This document shows positions 1 through 8,631 of a stretch of 56,214 bases of DNA, piece after piece. The notes under the pieces were generated by a model. That model worked only from the letters and a program-made list of their open reading frames with translations. It was not told the origin of the DNA and made no database searches. The first letter of the stretch is position 1. Each line of letters starts with the position of its first letter. Both the position numbers and the translations under genes were made by a program. This DNA comes from Burkholderiales bacterium (lineage in GTDB: Bacteria; Pseudomonadota; Gammaproteobacteria; Burkholderiales; Burkholderiaceae_C): contig JANMSS010000027.1 in assembly GCA_031389585.1 (NCBI GenBank), positions 1 through 56,214 on the forward strand, read 5' to 3'.

Positions 1-144
1 CGCGGCGCATTAGGCGGGCCAAAAATGCCGGCATGACATGTGCTCCCCATTCGTTGATCGAAGCGCAGCGCCAGCGCCGCAGGGCGCCGCCGACAGCACC
101 CATGTCAGCGCACTCAGCGGCAGGCGTCAAGCCTGCACCGCGCC

Positions 145-729
145 CTACTTCTTCGTCCGCGTCAGCCCCGGAAACAGCGCCTCGGCCTGCTGGCTCGCCT
201 GCGCCTGCATCTGCTCGAACAGGCTCTTGGATTGCTCGAGGTAGCTGCCCATCAGGTCCTGCATCATCGGCGTCTGGCCGCTCATGAGCTTCGTCCACGC
301 TTCCGGGGAGAAGTGCTTCGGGTCGGAGATGCCCTTGGTCTGTTCGGCAAAGCGCGTCTGCGCGTCGCCAAAGGTCTGCAGGTTCTGCTCGAGAAAGCTG
401 CCCATCACGCCCTGCATCGCGTTGCCGTACAGGCGGATGATCTGGGCCAGCGACTGGGTCGAGAACATCGGCACGCCCACGCTCTCTTCTTCGAGGATGA
501 TCTGCAGCAGGATGCTGCGTGTCAGGTCGTCGCTGCTCTTGGCGTCGCGCACTTCGAAGTCCTGGCCGTCGAGCACCATCTGCTTCACATCGGCCAGCGT
601 GATGTAGCTGCTGGTCTGGGTGTCGTAGAGCCGCCGGTTCGGGTACTTCTTGAGCACGCGCACCGCGCTTGCCGTCGCGCTTCCGCCGGCCTTGGGCGGG
701 CTTTTGTGGCTGCGGCGGGCGGTCGGCAT
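145..729 (-). CDS. phaR: Polyhydroxyalkanoate synthesis repressor PhaR
   Basis: KKYPNRRLYDTQTSSYITLADVKQMV and LTRSILLQIILEEE match the PhaR N-terminal DNA-binding signature. There is full-length resemblance to Cupriavidus PhaR as I recall it. The ORF-track start at 750 is TTG; the ATG at 729 has GGAG about 12 nt upstream and is preferred. Confidence 0.85.
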   Translation of the reverse strand: MPTARRSHKSPPKAGGSATASAVRVLKKYPNRRLYDTQTSSYITLADVKQMVLDGQDFEVRDAKSSDDLTRSILLQIILEEESVGVPMFSTQSLAQIIRLYGNAMQGVMGSFLEQNLQTFGDAQTRFAEQTKGISDPKHFSPEAWTKLMSGQTPMMQDLMGSYLEQSKSLFEQMQAQASQQAEALFPGLTRTKK

Positions 730-799
730 CGTGGGGGGCTCCGTCAACAAGGGCTGGCAATCATTCTAGGAGCGCGCACTTCGCGCGCGCCGGAGGGGT

Positions 800-2128
800 T
801 TACCCGCTCGCACAGACGCGCATCACGGGGGGATGCACCTGCGGCGCATCGGGGTCGATGCGAATCGCAGCCAGCACGGCCTGGCATGCAGCTTCGGCAT
901 CAGCCGCGTGGCGCGCATGCACTCGCATCAGCGGCTGGCCGGCTTGCACGCGCGCGCCGACACCCAGGCAGTCAGAGAGGCCCACGCTCGGGTCGATGGC
1001 CTGGCCGCTGCGCTGACGGCCGCCGCCGAGCGCGACCACAGCCAAGCCGATGGCGCGGGTGTCCATCGCGGCGATGAAACCGTCAGCCGGCGCGAACACG
1101 TCGATGCGGCTCGGCGCTTGCGCCAGACCAGCGCCTTCGGGCGCCAGCACATCGTGCGGCCCGCCCAGGCAGGCCACCATGCGCGCAAAGCGTTCGGCTG
1201 CATGACCCTGCTCGAGTGCGGCGCGTGCGCGTTGCTCGCCTTCTTGCAGGTTGGCTGCCAGCCCGGCGAGTTCGAGCATGTGCGCGGCCAGCGCCAGCGT
1301 CACGGCCAGCAAGCGCGGCTCGCGTTCGCGGCCGGTGAGGAAGTCGATGGCCTCGCGCGTCTCGAGCGCATTGCCCGCGCTGCGTCCGAGCACCTGGCTC
1401 ATGTCGGTGATCAAGGCGCGGGTGGGCAGGCCGGCGCCGCGCGCCACTTCGACCAGGCTGGTGGCCAGGGCCTGGGCCTCGTCCATCGTGCGGCAGAAGG
1501 CGCCGTTACCGACCTTCACGTCCATCACCAGTGCCTGCAAGCCGGCCACGAGTTTCTTCGACAGGATGCTGGCCGTGATCAGCGGCACCGATTCCACTGT
1601 GGCCGTGACATCGCGGATGGCGTACAGCCGGCGGTCGGCCGGTGCGATGCGCTCGCTGGCGCCGACGATCGCGCAGCCGGCGTCGCGCAGCGTGGCCAGC
1701 AGCGTCGCTTGCGAGGGGGTGGCCTGGTAGCCGGGCAGCGCTTCGAGCTTGTCGAGCGTGCCCCCGGTGTGGCCCAGGCCGCGGCCGCTGACCATCGGCA
1801 CCACGCCGCCGCAGGCCGCAATGATCGGCACGAGCATCAGGCTGACCTTGTCGCCCACGCCGCCGGTGGAATGCTTGTCGAGCACCGGGCCGGGCAGGCC
1901 GGCGTCGTGCCAGTCGAGCACGTCGCCCGAGTGCGTCATGGCGTTGGTGAGGGCTACGGTTTCCGCGAACGTCATCCCGCGCAACAGGATGGCCATGGCC
2001 AGCGCCGCCACCTGGGCATCGGTCCACGAGCCTGTGACCAGGCCTTGGACGAAAGCCTGCACGTCCTCGCCGCGGAGGCCCTCGCCGTCGCGCTTCCTGC
2101 GGATGATCTCCTGCGGCAAAGCCTTCAT
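800..2128 (-). CDS. deoA: Thymidine (pyrimidine-nucleoside) phosphorylase
   Basis: KHSTGGVGDKVSLMLVPIIAACGG and GHTGGTLDKLEALPGY motifs are present. The ATG at 2128 (MKALPQEIIRRKRDG) gives 442 aa. The ORF-track 5' extension to 2266 overlaps the upstream gene and is rejected. Confidence 0.9.
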   Translation of the reverse strand: MKALPQEIIRRKRDGEGLRGEDVQAFVQGLVTGSWTDAQVAALAMAILLRGMTFAETVALTNAMTHSGDVLDWHDAGLPGPVLDKHSTGGVGDKVSLMLVPIIAACGGVVPMVSGRGLGHTGGTLDKLEALPGYQATPSQATLLATLRDAGCAIVGASERIAPADRRLYAIRDVTATVESVPLITASILSKKLVAGLQALVMDVKVGNGAFCRTMDEAQALATSLVEVARGAGLPTRALITDMSQVLGRSAGNALETREAIDFLTGREREPRLLAVTLALAAHMLELAGLAANLQEGEQRARAALEQGHAAERFARMVACLGGPHDVLAPEGAGLAQAPSRIDVFAPADGFIAAMDTRAIGLAVVALGGGRQRSGQAIDPSVGLSDCLGVGARVQAGQPLMRVHARHAADAEAACQAVLAAIRIDPDAPQVHPPVMRVCASG

Positions 2129-2129
2129 A

Positions 2130-3527
2130 TCAGGGCTTGCCGTAGCGCTTGCTGAGTTCGCGCACCGCGGCGGCTTCCGGCAACAGGCGTGCGCCACCGA
2201 GCCACAGCGACTTGGTGTGCGCGCGTGCGTCGAACTCCAGGCGCGCCGGCTCGCCATGGTGGCCATAGCCGCCGGCCAGCGCGATGCGGCCCTGCGCGAT
2301 GCCGTTGCGACGGTGGGACTGGACCTCTATTTCGCTGGCATCGAGCAACGGATTGACCAGACCCGGGTTGGCCACCAGCACCCGCGACGCCATCGGCAGC
2401 AGATCGAATGCCCCGGCCAAGCTCCACCAGCGGCCCGACCAGGCGGCCGTGCGGCGCGACGGCGCACCGTGGGCGGCATGGGCCTGCAGGATGTGCAAGG
2501 CACCGTCGACCCAGCCATGCGACAGGCCATCGGACGCATTGGTCAGCACAGAGATTGCGAGCTGCTGCGTCGGCACGCAGACGGTGCGCGTGATCACGCC
2601 GGGGAAGCCGCCGGTGTGGCCGAACCAGTCCCAGGTGCCCGCCATGCCCGCGAGTGAGCCCGAGATCGTGCCCAGGCCATACCAGCGCTCGATACTGGCG
2701 TGCGGGTCGCGCCATTGCCGGCGCTGCATTTCGCGTCGGCTGGCGGCGGACAGCACGCTGCCTCGCGCTTCGGGCGCCAGGCTGGCCATGAAACGCACCA
2801 GGTCTGCGGCCGTGCTGACAAAACCGGTCGCCGAGGCGAGTGCGTGGGTCGAGCCGTCAGTCGGGATCATGACCCGACGGCCGAGCGGGTGCTTGGTGCT
2901 GTGCCCGCACGCGAGTAGCGTCCCCCGTGGCAGCGGCGCGTCCGGATGGGTCTCAGACAGGTTGGTCGCTGTCACGATCTCGCGCGCAACCCAACTCGCG
3001 TAGCTCTCGCCGGTGATCGCCTGAATCGCCAGCCCCAAGAGGCCATAACCATGGTTGGAATACTTGAAACGCGAGTTGGGCTCAAGCGTCGGCCCCGCGG
3101 CCAGGTCGGCGCGCAGCTCGGCTTCGTTGAGAAAAGGCCGCCGCTGCGCCCATTGGCTGGCATCGGGTCCGTCGCGCACCAGGCCGGCGCTGTGCGACAG
3201 CAGCTGCGACAGCGTCGTGGCTGCCACCGCCGGATGCAGGCCACCGACGTGGCGGCCGATCGGGTCGTCGAGCTGCAGGCGCCGCTGCTCGCGCAGCTTG
3301 AGCAGCGCCGCCGCGGTGAAGGTCTTGGAGTGCGAGGCGACGCGAAAACGGTGCCGCGGCGTCAGCGCCACGCCGCGCGCCAGGTCGGCATGGCCGAACG
3401 CGGCCTCGCAGACGACGCGGCCTTTATAAGCCACGGCCAGCGCGCAGCCGGGCTGCTCCGAGACCCGCATCTGGTGTTCGACCCAGCGCGGAAGATAGTC
3501 GAGTGCAGCGCCGAGCCAGCGTTCCAT
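2130..3527 (-). CDS. Beta-lactamase-fold serine hydrolase (class C / esterase-like), function unknown
   Basis: 465-aa ORF with SxxK (ASHSKTF), YxN (KYSNHGY) and an HTG triad equivalent (FGHTGGFPG). Its stop at 2130-2132 lies 1 nt from the deoA ATG. Its start is 18 nt after the stop of the upstream 5'-nucleotidase gene. Confidence 0.8.
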   Translation of the reverse strand: MERWLGAALDYLPRWVEHQMRVSEQPGCALAVAYKGRVVCEAAFGHADLARGVALTPRHRFRVASHSKTFTAAALLKLREQRRLQLDDPIGRHVGGLHPAVAATTLSQLLSHSAGLVRDGPDASQWAQRRPFLNEAELRADLAAGPTLEPNSRFKYSNHGYGLLGLAIQAITGESYASWVAREIVTATNLSETHPDAPLPRGTLLACGHSTKHPLGRRVMIPTDGSTHALASATGFVSTAADLVRFMASLAPEARGSVLSAASRREMQRRQWRDPHASIERWYGLGTISGSLAGMAGTWDWFGHTGGFPGVITRTVCVPTQQLAISVLTNASDGLSHGWVDGALHILQAHAAHGAPSRRTAAWSGRWWSLAGAFDLLPMASRVLVANPGLVNPLLDASEIEVQSHRRNGIAQGRIALAGGYGHHGEPARLEFDARAHTKSLWLGGARLLPEAAAVRELSKRYGKP

Positions 3528-3545
3528 GACGACCTTCGTCGGGCC

Positions 3546-5213
3546 TCAGTTCAAGCGTGCGATGCGCGGGGCGCCCGGCGCAGTGGCCGCACCGCGGGCG
3601 ACATGGGCCTCGAAGGCATCCACGTCCATCATGCCGGTGCGCGTGTCGCGTCCCTGCTTGAAAGTCGGGAAGCTGTCGCCGCCGTCAGCCAGAAAACTGT
3701 TGACGGTGACGCGGTAGTTGCCCGTGGCGTCGATCGGTTTGCCGTCGAGCTTCACGCTGCCCGGCACCACGCGCTGACCGACCGGTTTGGCGTTGTCCCA
3801 GCTGTAGCCAAAGCCCTGCGATACCTGCAGGATGCGCGGCCGCGCCTGGTTCAGCCACTGCTGCTCGAGCAGCTGCACGATCTGCGCACCCGTCAGTGTC
3901 ATCGTGACCAGGTTGTTGTAGAACGGTTGCACCGAGAACAGATCCTCATAACGCACCGAGCCGTCGGCAGCGGCCGTGAGGCTGGCGCGCACGCCACCCG
4001 GATTCATCAGCGCGAACTGGGCGCCGCCGTCTGCGACAGCGCGCGTTGCCACGAGCTGCGCGTCGGCAATCACCTGGCCCACCGGGGTCTCGCCCGCCGG
4101 GCTCTCGTCGCGCGTCAACGTCGCCCCGATCTTGCCGACCACCCGCTTGGCCAGCGGCGCAGCAAGCTTTTCGTACACGGCGATCAACTGGGTCTGCGCC
4201 GCATCCTTGGCAAAGCGCTCGGTGCGAACGATCACGTTGTCGGCACGGGCCTGCGTCACATCGCCGGTCTTGGGGTCGAGCACGATGTCGATTTCGCTGA
4301 CGACGGTGCCGTACTTGTCAGCGCTGGTCACGAGCCTGCCGTCGATCGAGCAGTTGTAGGCGCGATGCGTGTGGCCGGTGACCACCACGTCGACGGCCTT
4401 GTCGAATTTCTTCACGATGTCGACGATCGGCCCCGAGATGCCCGGGCACTCGTTGTAGTCACCGGTGGGGACGCCGCCTTCATGGATCAGCACCACGATG
4501 GCTTCGATGCCCTGGCGCTTGAGCTCGGGCACGAGGCGGTTGACGGTGGCGGCCTCGTCGTCGAAGCGCAGGCCGGCCACACCACTGGGCACAACGATGC
4601 TTGGCGTGTCCTTCAGCGTCAGGCCGATGAACGCCACCGGAATGCCCTCGAAGCGTTTGACGTGATAGGCCGGCAGGATCGTCTTGCCAGTGCGTGTGTC
4701 GAAGGTGCTGGCCGCCAGGTACTTGAAGCTGGCGCCCTTGAAGGGTTGCGGCCCCTTGCAGCCATCGGTCGGGTGGCAACCGCCGGCCTGCATGCGCAAG
4801 AGTTCGGCCGAGCCTTTGTCGAATTCGTGGTTGCCGACGGCCGTCACCTCCAGGCCCATCATGCCCAGCGATTCGATCGTCGGCTCGTCGCGGAACAGCG
4901 CCGACAACAACGGCGTGGCGCCGATCAGGTCACCGGCGGCGACGAAGATGTGGTTCGGGTTCTTGGCGCGCAATTGTGCGACGGCAGTCGCCAGATGCTC
5001 GGAGCCGCCTGCCGGTACGTTGATGGTCTTGCTGGCGTCGGCCGGGTCCTTGATGCGGATGCCCCCGCGCGGCGGCTGCAGGTTGCCGTGGAAGTCATTG
5101 ATTGCCAGGATCTTGACGTTGACCGGCTGGGTGGCGCGCGGCGGTGCGGTCGTGCAGGCCACCAGGGCAAAGGCAGCGACGATAAGTGCTGCGGTGAGTC
5201 GTGGCAGTCGCAT
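3546..5213 (-). CDS. Bifunctional metallophosphatase / 5'-nucleotidase, predicted lipoprotein
   Basis: NDFHGNL, AAGDLIGATP and GNHEFDKG calcineurin-type metallophosphatase motifs, plus a C-terminal 5'-nucleotidase region. The signal peptide ends in the lipobox LVAC. GGGAGA lies 8 nt upstream of the ATG. Confidence 0.85.
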   Translation of the reverse strand: MRLPRLTAALIVAAFALVACTTAPPRATQPVNVKILAINDFHGNLQPPRGGIRIKDPADASKTINVPAGGSEHLATAVAQLRAKNPNHIFVAAGDLIGATPLLSALFRDEPTIESLGMMGLEVTAVGNHEFDKGSAELLRMQAGGCHPTDGCKGPQPFKGASFKYLAASTFDTRTGKTILPAYHVKRFEGIPVAFIGLTLKDTPSIVVPSGVAGLRFDDEAATVNRLVPELKRQGIEAIVVLIHEGGVPTGDYNECPGISGPIVDIVKKFDKAVDVVVTGHTHRAYNCSIDGRLVTSADKYGTVVSEIDIVLDPKTGDVTQARADNVIVRTERFAKDAAQTQLIAVYEKLAAPLAKRVVGKIGATLTRDESPAGETPVGQVIADAQLVATRAVADGGAQFALMNPGGVRASLTAAADGSVRYEDLFSVQPFYNNLVTMTLTGAQIVQLLEQQWLNQARPRILQVSQGFGYSWDNAKPVGQRVVPGSVKLDGKPIDATGNYRVTVNSFLADGGDSFPTFKQGRDTRTGMMDVDAFEAHVARGAATAPGAPRIARLN

Positions 5214-5294
5214 GGTGGGTGTCTCCCAATCTCAGTCGGTTGAAGTGGATGGCGTTGCGCCAGACGCGCTGCCCAGAAGGTTGTTGCCCATCGC

Positions 5295-6113
5295 TCAGAG
5301 CTCCTGTGCCAGCGCAGGCAGCAGCGCCTGGATGAAGCGCAGCGCGGCAGCGCCGCCCTGCTGCGCCACTGCCAGCGTGTGGCCGTGCGACAGCACTTCG
5401 GCCTCGAGGCCACAGCCCATGTTGGTGAGCATCGACAGAGCCAGCACGCGCAGACCGGCGTGGCGGGCCAGGATGGTCTCGGGCACGGTGCTCATGCCCA
5501 CGGCCTGCGCTCCGAGCAGACGCAGCATGCGGATTTCGGCGGGGGTTTCGAACTGCGGGCCGAGCATCCAGGCGTACACACCCTCGTGCAGCCGCATGCC
5601 CTGCCCGGCCGCGACGCGCAACGCCACGGCGCGCAACGCCGCGTCGTAGGCGTTGCCCAGGTCGACAAAGCGCTCGCTGCCCGCCTCGTCGTGCAGCGGC
5701 GTGCGTTGCACCATGTTCAGGTGGTCGGACAAGACCATCAGGCTGCCTGGCCGCATCGTGGCGTCCAGGCTGCCCGCTGCATTGGTCGGCAGCAGCAGGC
5801 GCACGCCGAGTTGGCCCAGCGTGCGGATCGCGCCCTTCATGGCATCGGCGCGCCCATTTTCATAGGCATGTTGGCGGCCCGACAGCACAGCGACCTCGAC
5901 GCCGGCGATGCGACCCACGCGCAGAATGCCGGCATGGCCCGCCACGCCGACCACCGGGAATGCCGGCAGATCGCAATAGGCGATGTCGACGCCGTCTTGC
6001 ACCAGATCGGCCACGCCATGCCAACCGGAGCCGAGCACGATCGCGATCGTCGGCCGCAGATTGCCGCAAACCGATGCGATGTGCGCGGCGGATTGTTCGA
6101 TGGCGTGTGTCAT
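5295..6113 (-). CDS. Purine-nucleoside phosphorylase (trimeric PunA/XapA type)
   Basis: GRQHAYEN, LLPTNAAGSL, GPQFETPAEIRMLRLLGAQAVGMSTVPE and LSMLTN motifs are typical of PNP family 1. Its ATG overlaps the cdd stop (ATGA at 6110-6113). Confidence 0.85.
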   Translation of the reverse strand: MTHAIEQSAAHIASVCGNLRPTIAIVLGSGWHGVADLVQDGVDIAYCDLPAFPVVGVAGHAGILRVGRIAGVEVAVLSGRQHAYENGRADAMKGAIRTLGQLGVRLLLPTNAAGSLDATMRPGSLMVLSDHLNMVQRTPLHDEAGSERFVDLGNAYDAALRAVALRVAAGQGMRLHEGVYAWMLGPQFETPAEIRMLRLLGAQAVGMSTVPETILARHAGLRVLALSMLTNMGCGLEAEVLSHGHTLAVAQQGGAAALRFIQALLPALAQEL

Positions 6114-6526
6114 GTCAGGTGCTCTGGCCCAAAACTGGCTGGCAACAGTTCGCCCAGGGTGTGGCGAGCACGCACCCGCGACATGTCCGCGGCAATCACC
6201 GGCACCCCATCAGTCGCGAACTCGCGCAGCTTTTGCCGGCAGCCACCGCAGGGCGTCACCGGTTGCCCGGCCTCGCCGACGACCACGACTGCGGCAATGC
6301 GCTGCCCGCCGGCCAGTACCAGATGCCCGATCGCCACCGCTTCGGCGCACAGGCCTTGCGGGTAGGCGGCGTTCTCGACGTTGCAGCCGGCGTGGATGCG
6401 CCCCTGCTCGTCAAGCAGCGCCGCGCCGACCGCGAACTTCGAATACGGCGCATAGGCGCGGCCGCGCGCAGCGCGTGCCGCGGCGAGCAGCGCGTCCAGG
6501 TGTTCGGCCGACAGCATGTCGTTCAA
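6110..6526 (-). CDS. cdd: Cytidine deaminase
   Basis: 138 aa with the CAEAVAI zinc-binding motif and PCGGCRQKLREF, which together form the homotetrameric cytidine deaminase signature. Confidence 0.85.
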   Translation of the reverse strand: MNDMLSAEHLDALLAAARAARGRAYAPYSKFAVGAALLDEQGRIHAGCNVENAAYPQGLCAEAVAIGHLVLAGGQRIAAVVVVGEAGQPVTPCGGCRQKLREFATDGVPVIAADMSRVRARHTLGELLPASFGPEHLT

Positions 6527-7504
6527 TCAATGCTCCTTGACATAGGGCACACCCAGCGCCTTGGGCGCATAAGCATGGCCGATAAAACCGGCCAGCAGCA
6601 CGACGGTCAGCACGTAGGGTAGCGCCTGGATGGCCTGGACCGGCACCGCGCCACCGCCCAGCGCGGCCGGCAGGCTCGCGCCCTGCAGGCGGATGGCCAC
6701 GGCGTCTAGAAAGCCGAACAGCAGGCAGGCCATGAACGCGCCGACCGGATGCCACTTGCCGAAGATCGTCGCCGCCAGTGCCATGTAGCCGCGACCGGCC
6801 GTCATGTGCGGAATGAACTGAGGGTTCTGCGCCAGCACCAGGAAGCACCCGGCCAGGGCCGCCAGCGCGCCGTTGGCGGCCAGGGCCAGATAACGCATGC
6901 CCAGCACCGACACGCCCGCGGCATCGACCATCGCCGGGTTCTCGCCGGTGGCCCGCAGGCGTAGACCCAGGCGCGTGCGGTAGAGCAGCCACCACACGAC
7001 AAAGACCATCGCGACGGCGCCGTAGACCAGCGCACTGTGACCGAGCAGTCCATCGCCGACGATGCTGCCGATCCACGGCACGCCGCGCATGGCCTCGGCG
7101 GCACCGGTGAACCACAGGTCCACGCGCACCGCGTCGGGCAAGGGCGGTGTCTGCCCGCCCTGGCCGAACCAGGCGATCCCGAGAACGACCGTCAGGCCGG
7201 CCGCGGTCATCGTGATGGCCATGCCCATCACCACCTGATCGCCGCGATGGCTGACACAGGCAAAGCCTTGCAACATCGACAGTGACACACCAATTGCGAT
7301 CGCGCAGACCACCGCCAGCCAGAGCGAACCCGTGAGCGCACCGACGCTGCCCGCAGCAAAGGCCGTGGCCAGCATCTTGCCCTCCAGGCCGAGGTCGATC
7401 ACGCCGGCGCGCTCGCTCAGGGTGCTGGCCAGCGCGCACAGGATCAGCGGCGTCGAGACGCGCAGCGTCGAAGCCAGCAAGGAGCCGATCAGCAGCTCAT
7501 CCAC
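6527..7504 (-). CDS. ABC transporter permease (BMP/nucleoside family, second permease)
   Basis: Multi-pass hydrophobic protein of the BPD_transp_2 type. The preferred GTG start at 7504 (VDELLIGSLL) overlaps the upstream stop (GTGGATGA). The ORF-track ATG at 7600 would overlap the upstream gene by 104 nt. Confidence 0.75.
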   Translation of the reverse strand: MDELLIGSLLASTLRVSTPLILCALASTLSERAGVIDLGLEGKMLATAFAAGSVGALTGSLWLAVVCAIAIGVSLSMLQGFACVSHRGDQVVMGMAITMTAAGLTVVLGIAWFGQGGQTPPLPDAVRVDLWFTGAAEAMRGVPWIGSIVGDGLLGHSALVYGAVAMVFVVWWLLYRTRLGLRLRATGENPAMVDAAGVSVLGMRYLALAANGALAALAGCFLVLAQNPQFIPHMTAGRGYMALAATIFGKWHPVGAFMACLLFGFLDAVAIRLQGASLPAALGGGAVPVQAIQALPYVLTVVLLAGFIGHAYAPKALGVPYVKEH

Positions 7505-8630
7505 CTTGCGCCCCCAATTGGGCAGGCATCGCGCGCCGGCGCAGCCAGTGGTAGGTGCGCGCCAAGGTCGGCGCGGCAACTTGCGCCATTGCGCCGGCAA
7601 AGAGCACGATCAAGCCCTGCAGCGTGAAGACCATGTCGCGCGAGAAGCCCTGGATCTCGAACGCCAGTTCCGCGCCGCCCTGGTACAGCGCGCCGAACAG
7701 CAACGCAGCCAGCACGATGCCCAGCGGGTGGTTGCGCCCGATCAGCGACACCGCGATGCCGGTGAAGCCGGCGCCGGCGACAAAGTCGGCCATCAGGCGG
7801 TTGTGCACGCCGGCGATCTCGTTGATGCCGACCAGCGCTGCCAACGCACCCGAAATCGCCATCGCGCGAACGATCTGCGTTTGCGGCCGGATGCCGGCGT
7901 AGTGCGCGGCCGCGGGCGTGTGGCCCACGGTGCGCAATGCGTAGCCGGGCTGCGAGCGCCAGACCAAAAGGTACACGCCCGCGACCGCTGCCACGGCCAG
8001 CAACAAACTGAAGTTGAGCGGCGTGCGTGGCCACTCGATGCCGATCCAGGCCAGCATCTCGTGCGCGCTGGGCAGCTGTGCGGCGGGGCCGAACAGGCGG
8101 CTCTCCGGCGTCATGTTGCCCGGCTCCTTGAGCACGTTGACCAGCAGGTAGATCAGCAGCGCCGAGGCGATGAAATTGAACATGATCGTCGTGATCACGA
8201 CATGGCTGCCACGCCACGCCTGCAGCGCGCCAGGTACCGCGGCCCAGGCCATGCCGAAAACCATCGCGGCCAGCACCATCAGGGGCAGCAGCAGCCAGGC
8301 GGGCAGCGCATGGGCGAATCCCAGCGCCATCAGCCCGGCGCCCAGCCCGCCCATCATGGCCTGGCCCTCACCGCCGATGTTGAACAGGCCAGCGTGGAAA
8401 GCCACCGCCACCGCCAACCCGGTGAAGACGAAGGTGGTGGCGTAGTACAGCGTGTAGCTCAGGCCGCCGCGGCTGCCGAAGGCGCCCTTGACCAGCAGCG
8501 TCAGCACCTGCCAGGGGTCCTGACCGATCGCCAGCAGTACGACGGCCGAGACGGCAAAGGCCAGGCTCAGGTTGACCAGCGGCAAGACCACCAGGTCAAG
8601 CCAGCGCGGTATGTCCAGCGGCTGACTCAT
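7497..8630 (-). CDS. ABC transporter permease (BMP/nucleoside family, first permease)
   Basis: Hydrophobic 377-aa protein. The ATG at 8630 (MSQPLDIPRW) lies 1 nt after the ATPase stop at 8632. Confidence 0.75.
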   Translation of the reverse strand: MSQPLDIPRWLDLVVLPLVNLSLAFAVSAVVLLAIGQDPWQVLTLLVKGAFGSRGGLSYTLYYATTFVFTGLAVAVAFHAGLFNIGGEGQAMMGGLGAGLMALGFAHALPAWLLLPLMVLAAMVFGMAWAAVPGALQAWRGSHVVITTIMFNFIASALLIYLLVNVLKEPGNMTPESRLFGPAAQLPSAHEMLAWIGIEWPRTPLNFSLLLAVAAVAGVYLLVWRSQPGYALRTVGHTPAAAHYAGIRPQTQIVRAMAISGALAALVGINEIAGVHNRLMADFVAGAGFTGIAVSLIGRNHPLGIVLAALLFGALYQGGAELAFEIQGFSRDMVFTLQGLIVLFAGAMAQVAAPTLARTYHWLRRRAMPAQLGAQGG

Positions 8631-8631
8631 C

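Noticed and set aside
1-144. A possible gene fragment at the left edge: a minus-strand frame open from the ATG at 103 to the window edge. A 6-bp hairpin at 120-136 downstream of phaR was also noted.
   Set aside because: Only about 34 codons are visible, with no recognisable motif and no clear RBS. The hairpin is short and lacks a T run. The evidence is insufficient to call either a CDS or a terminator.
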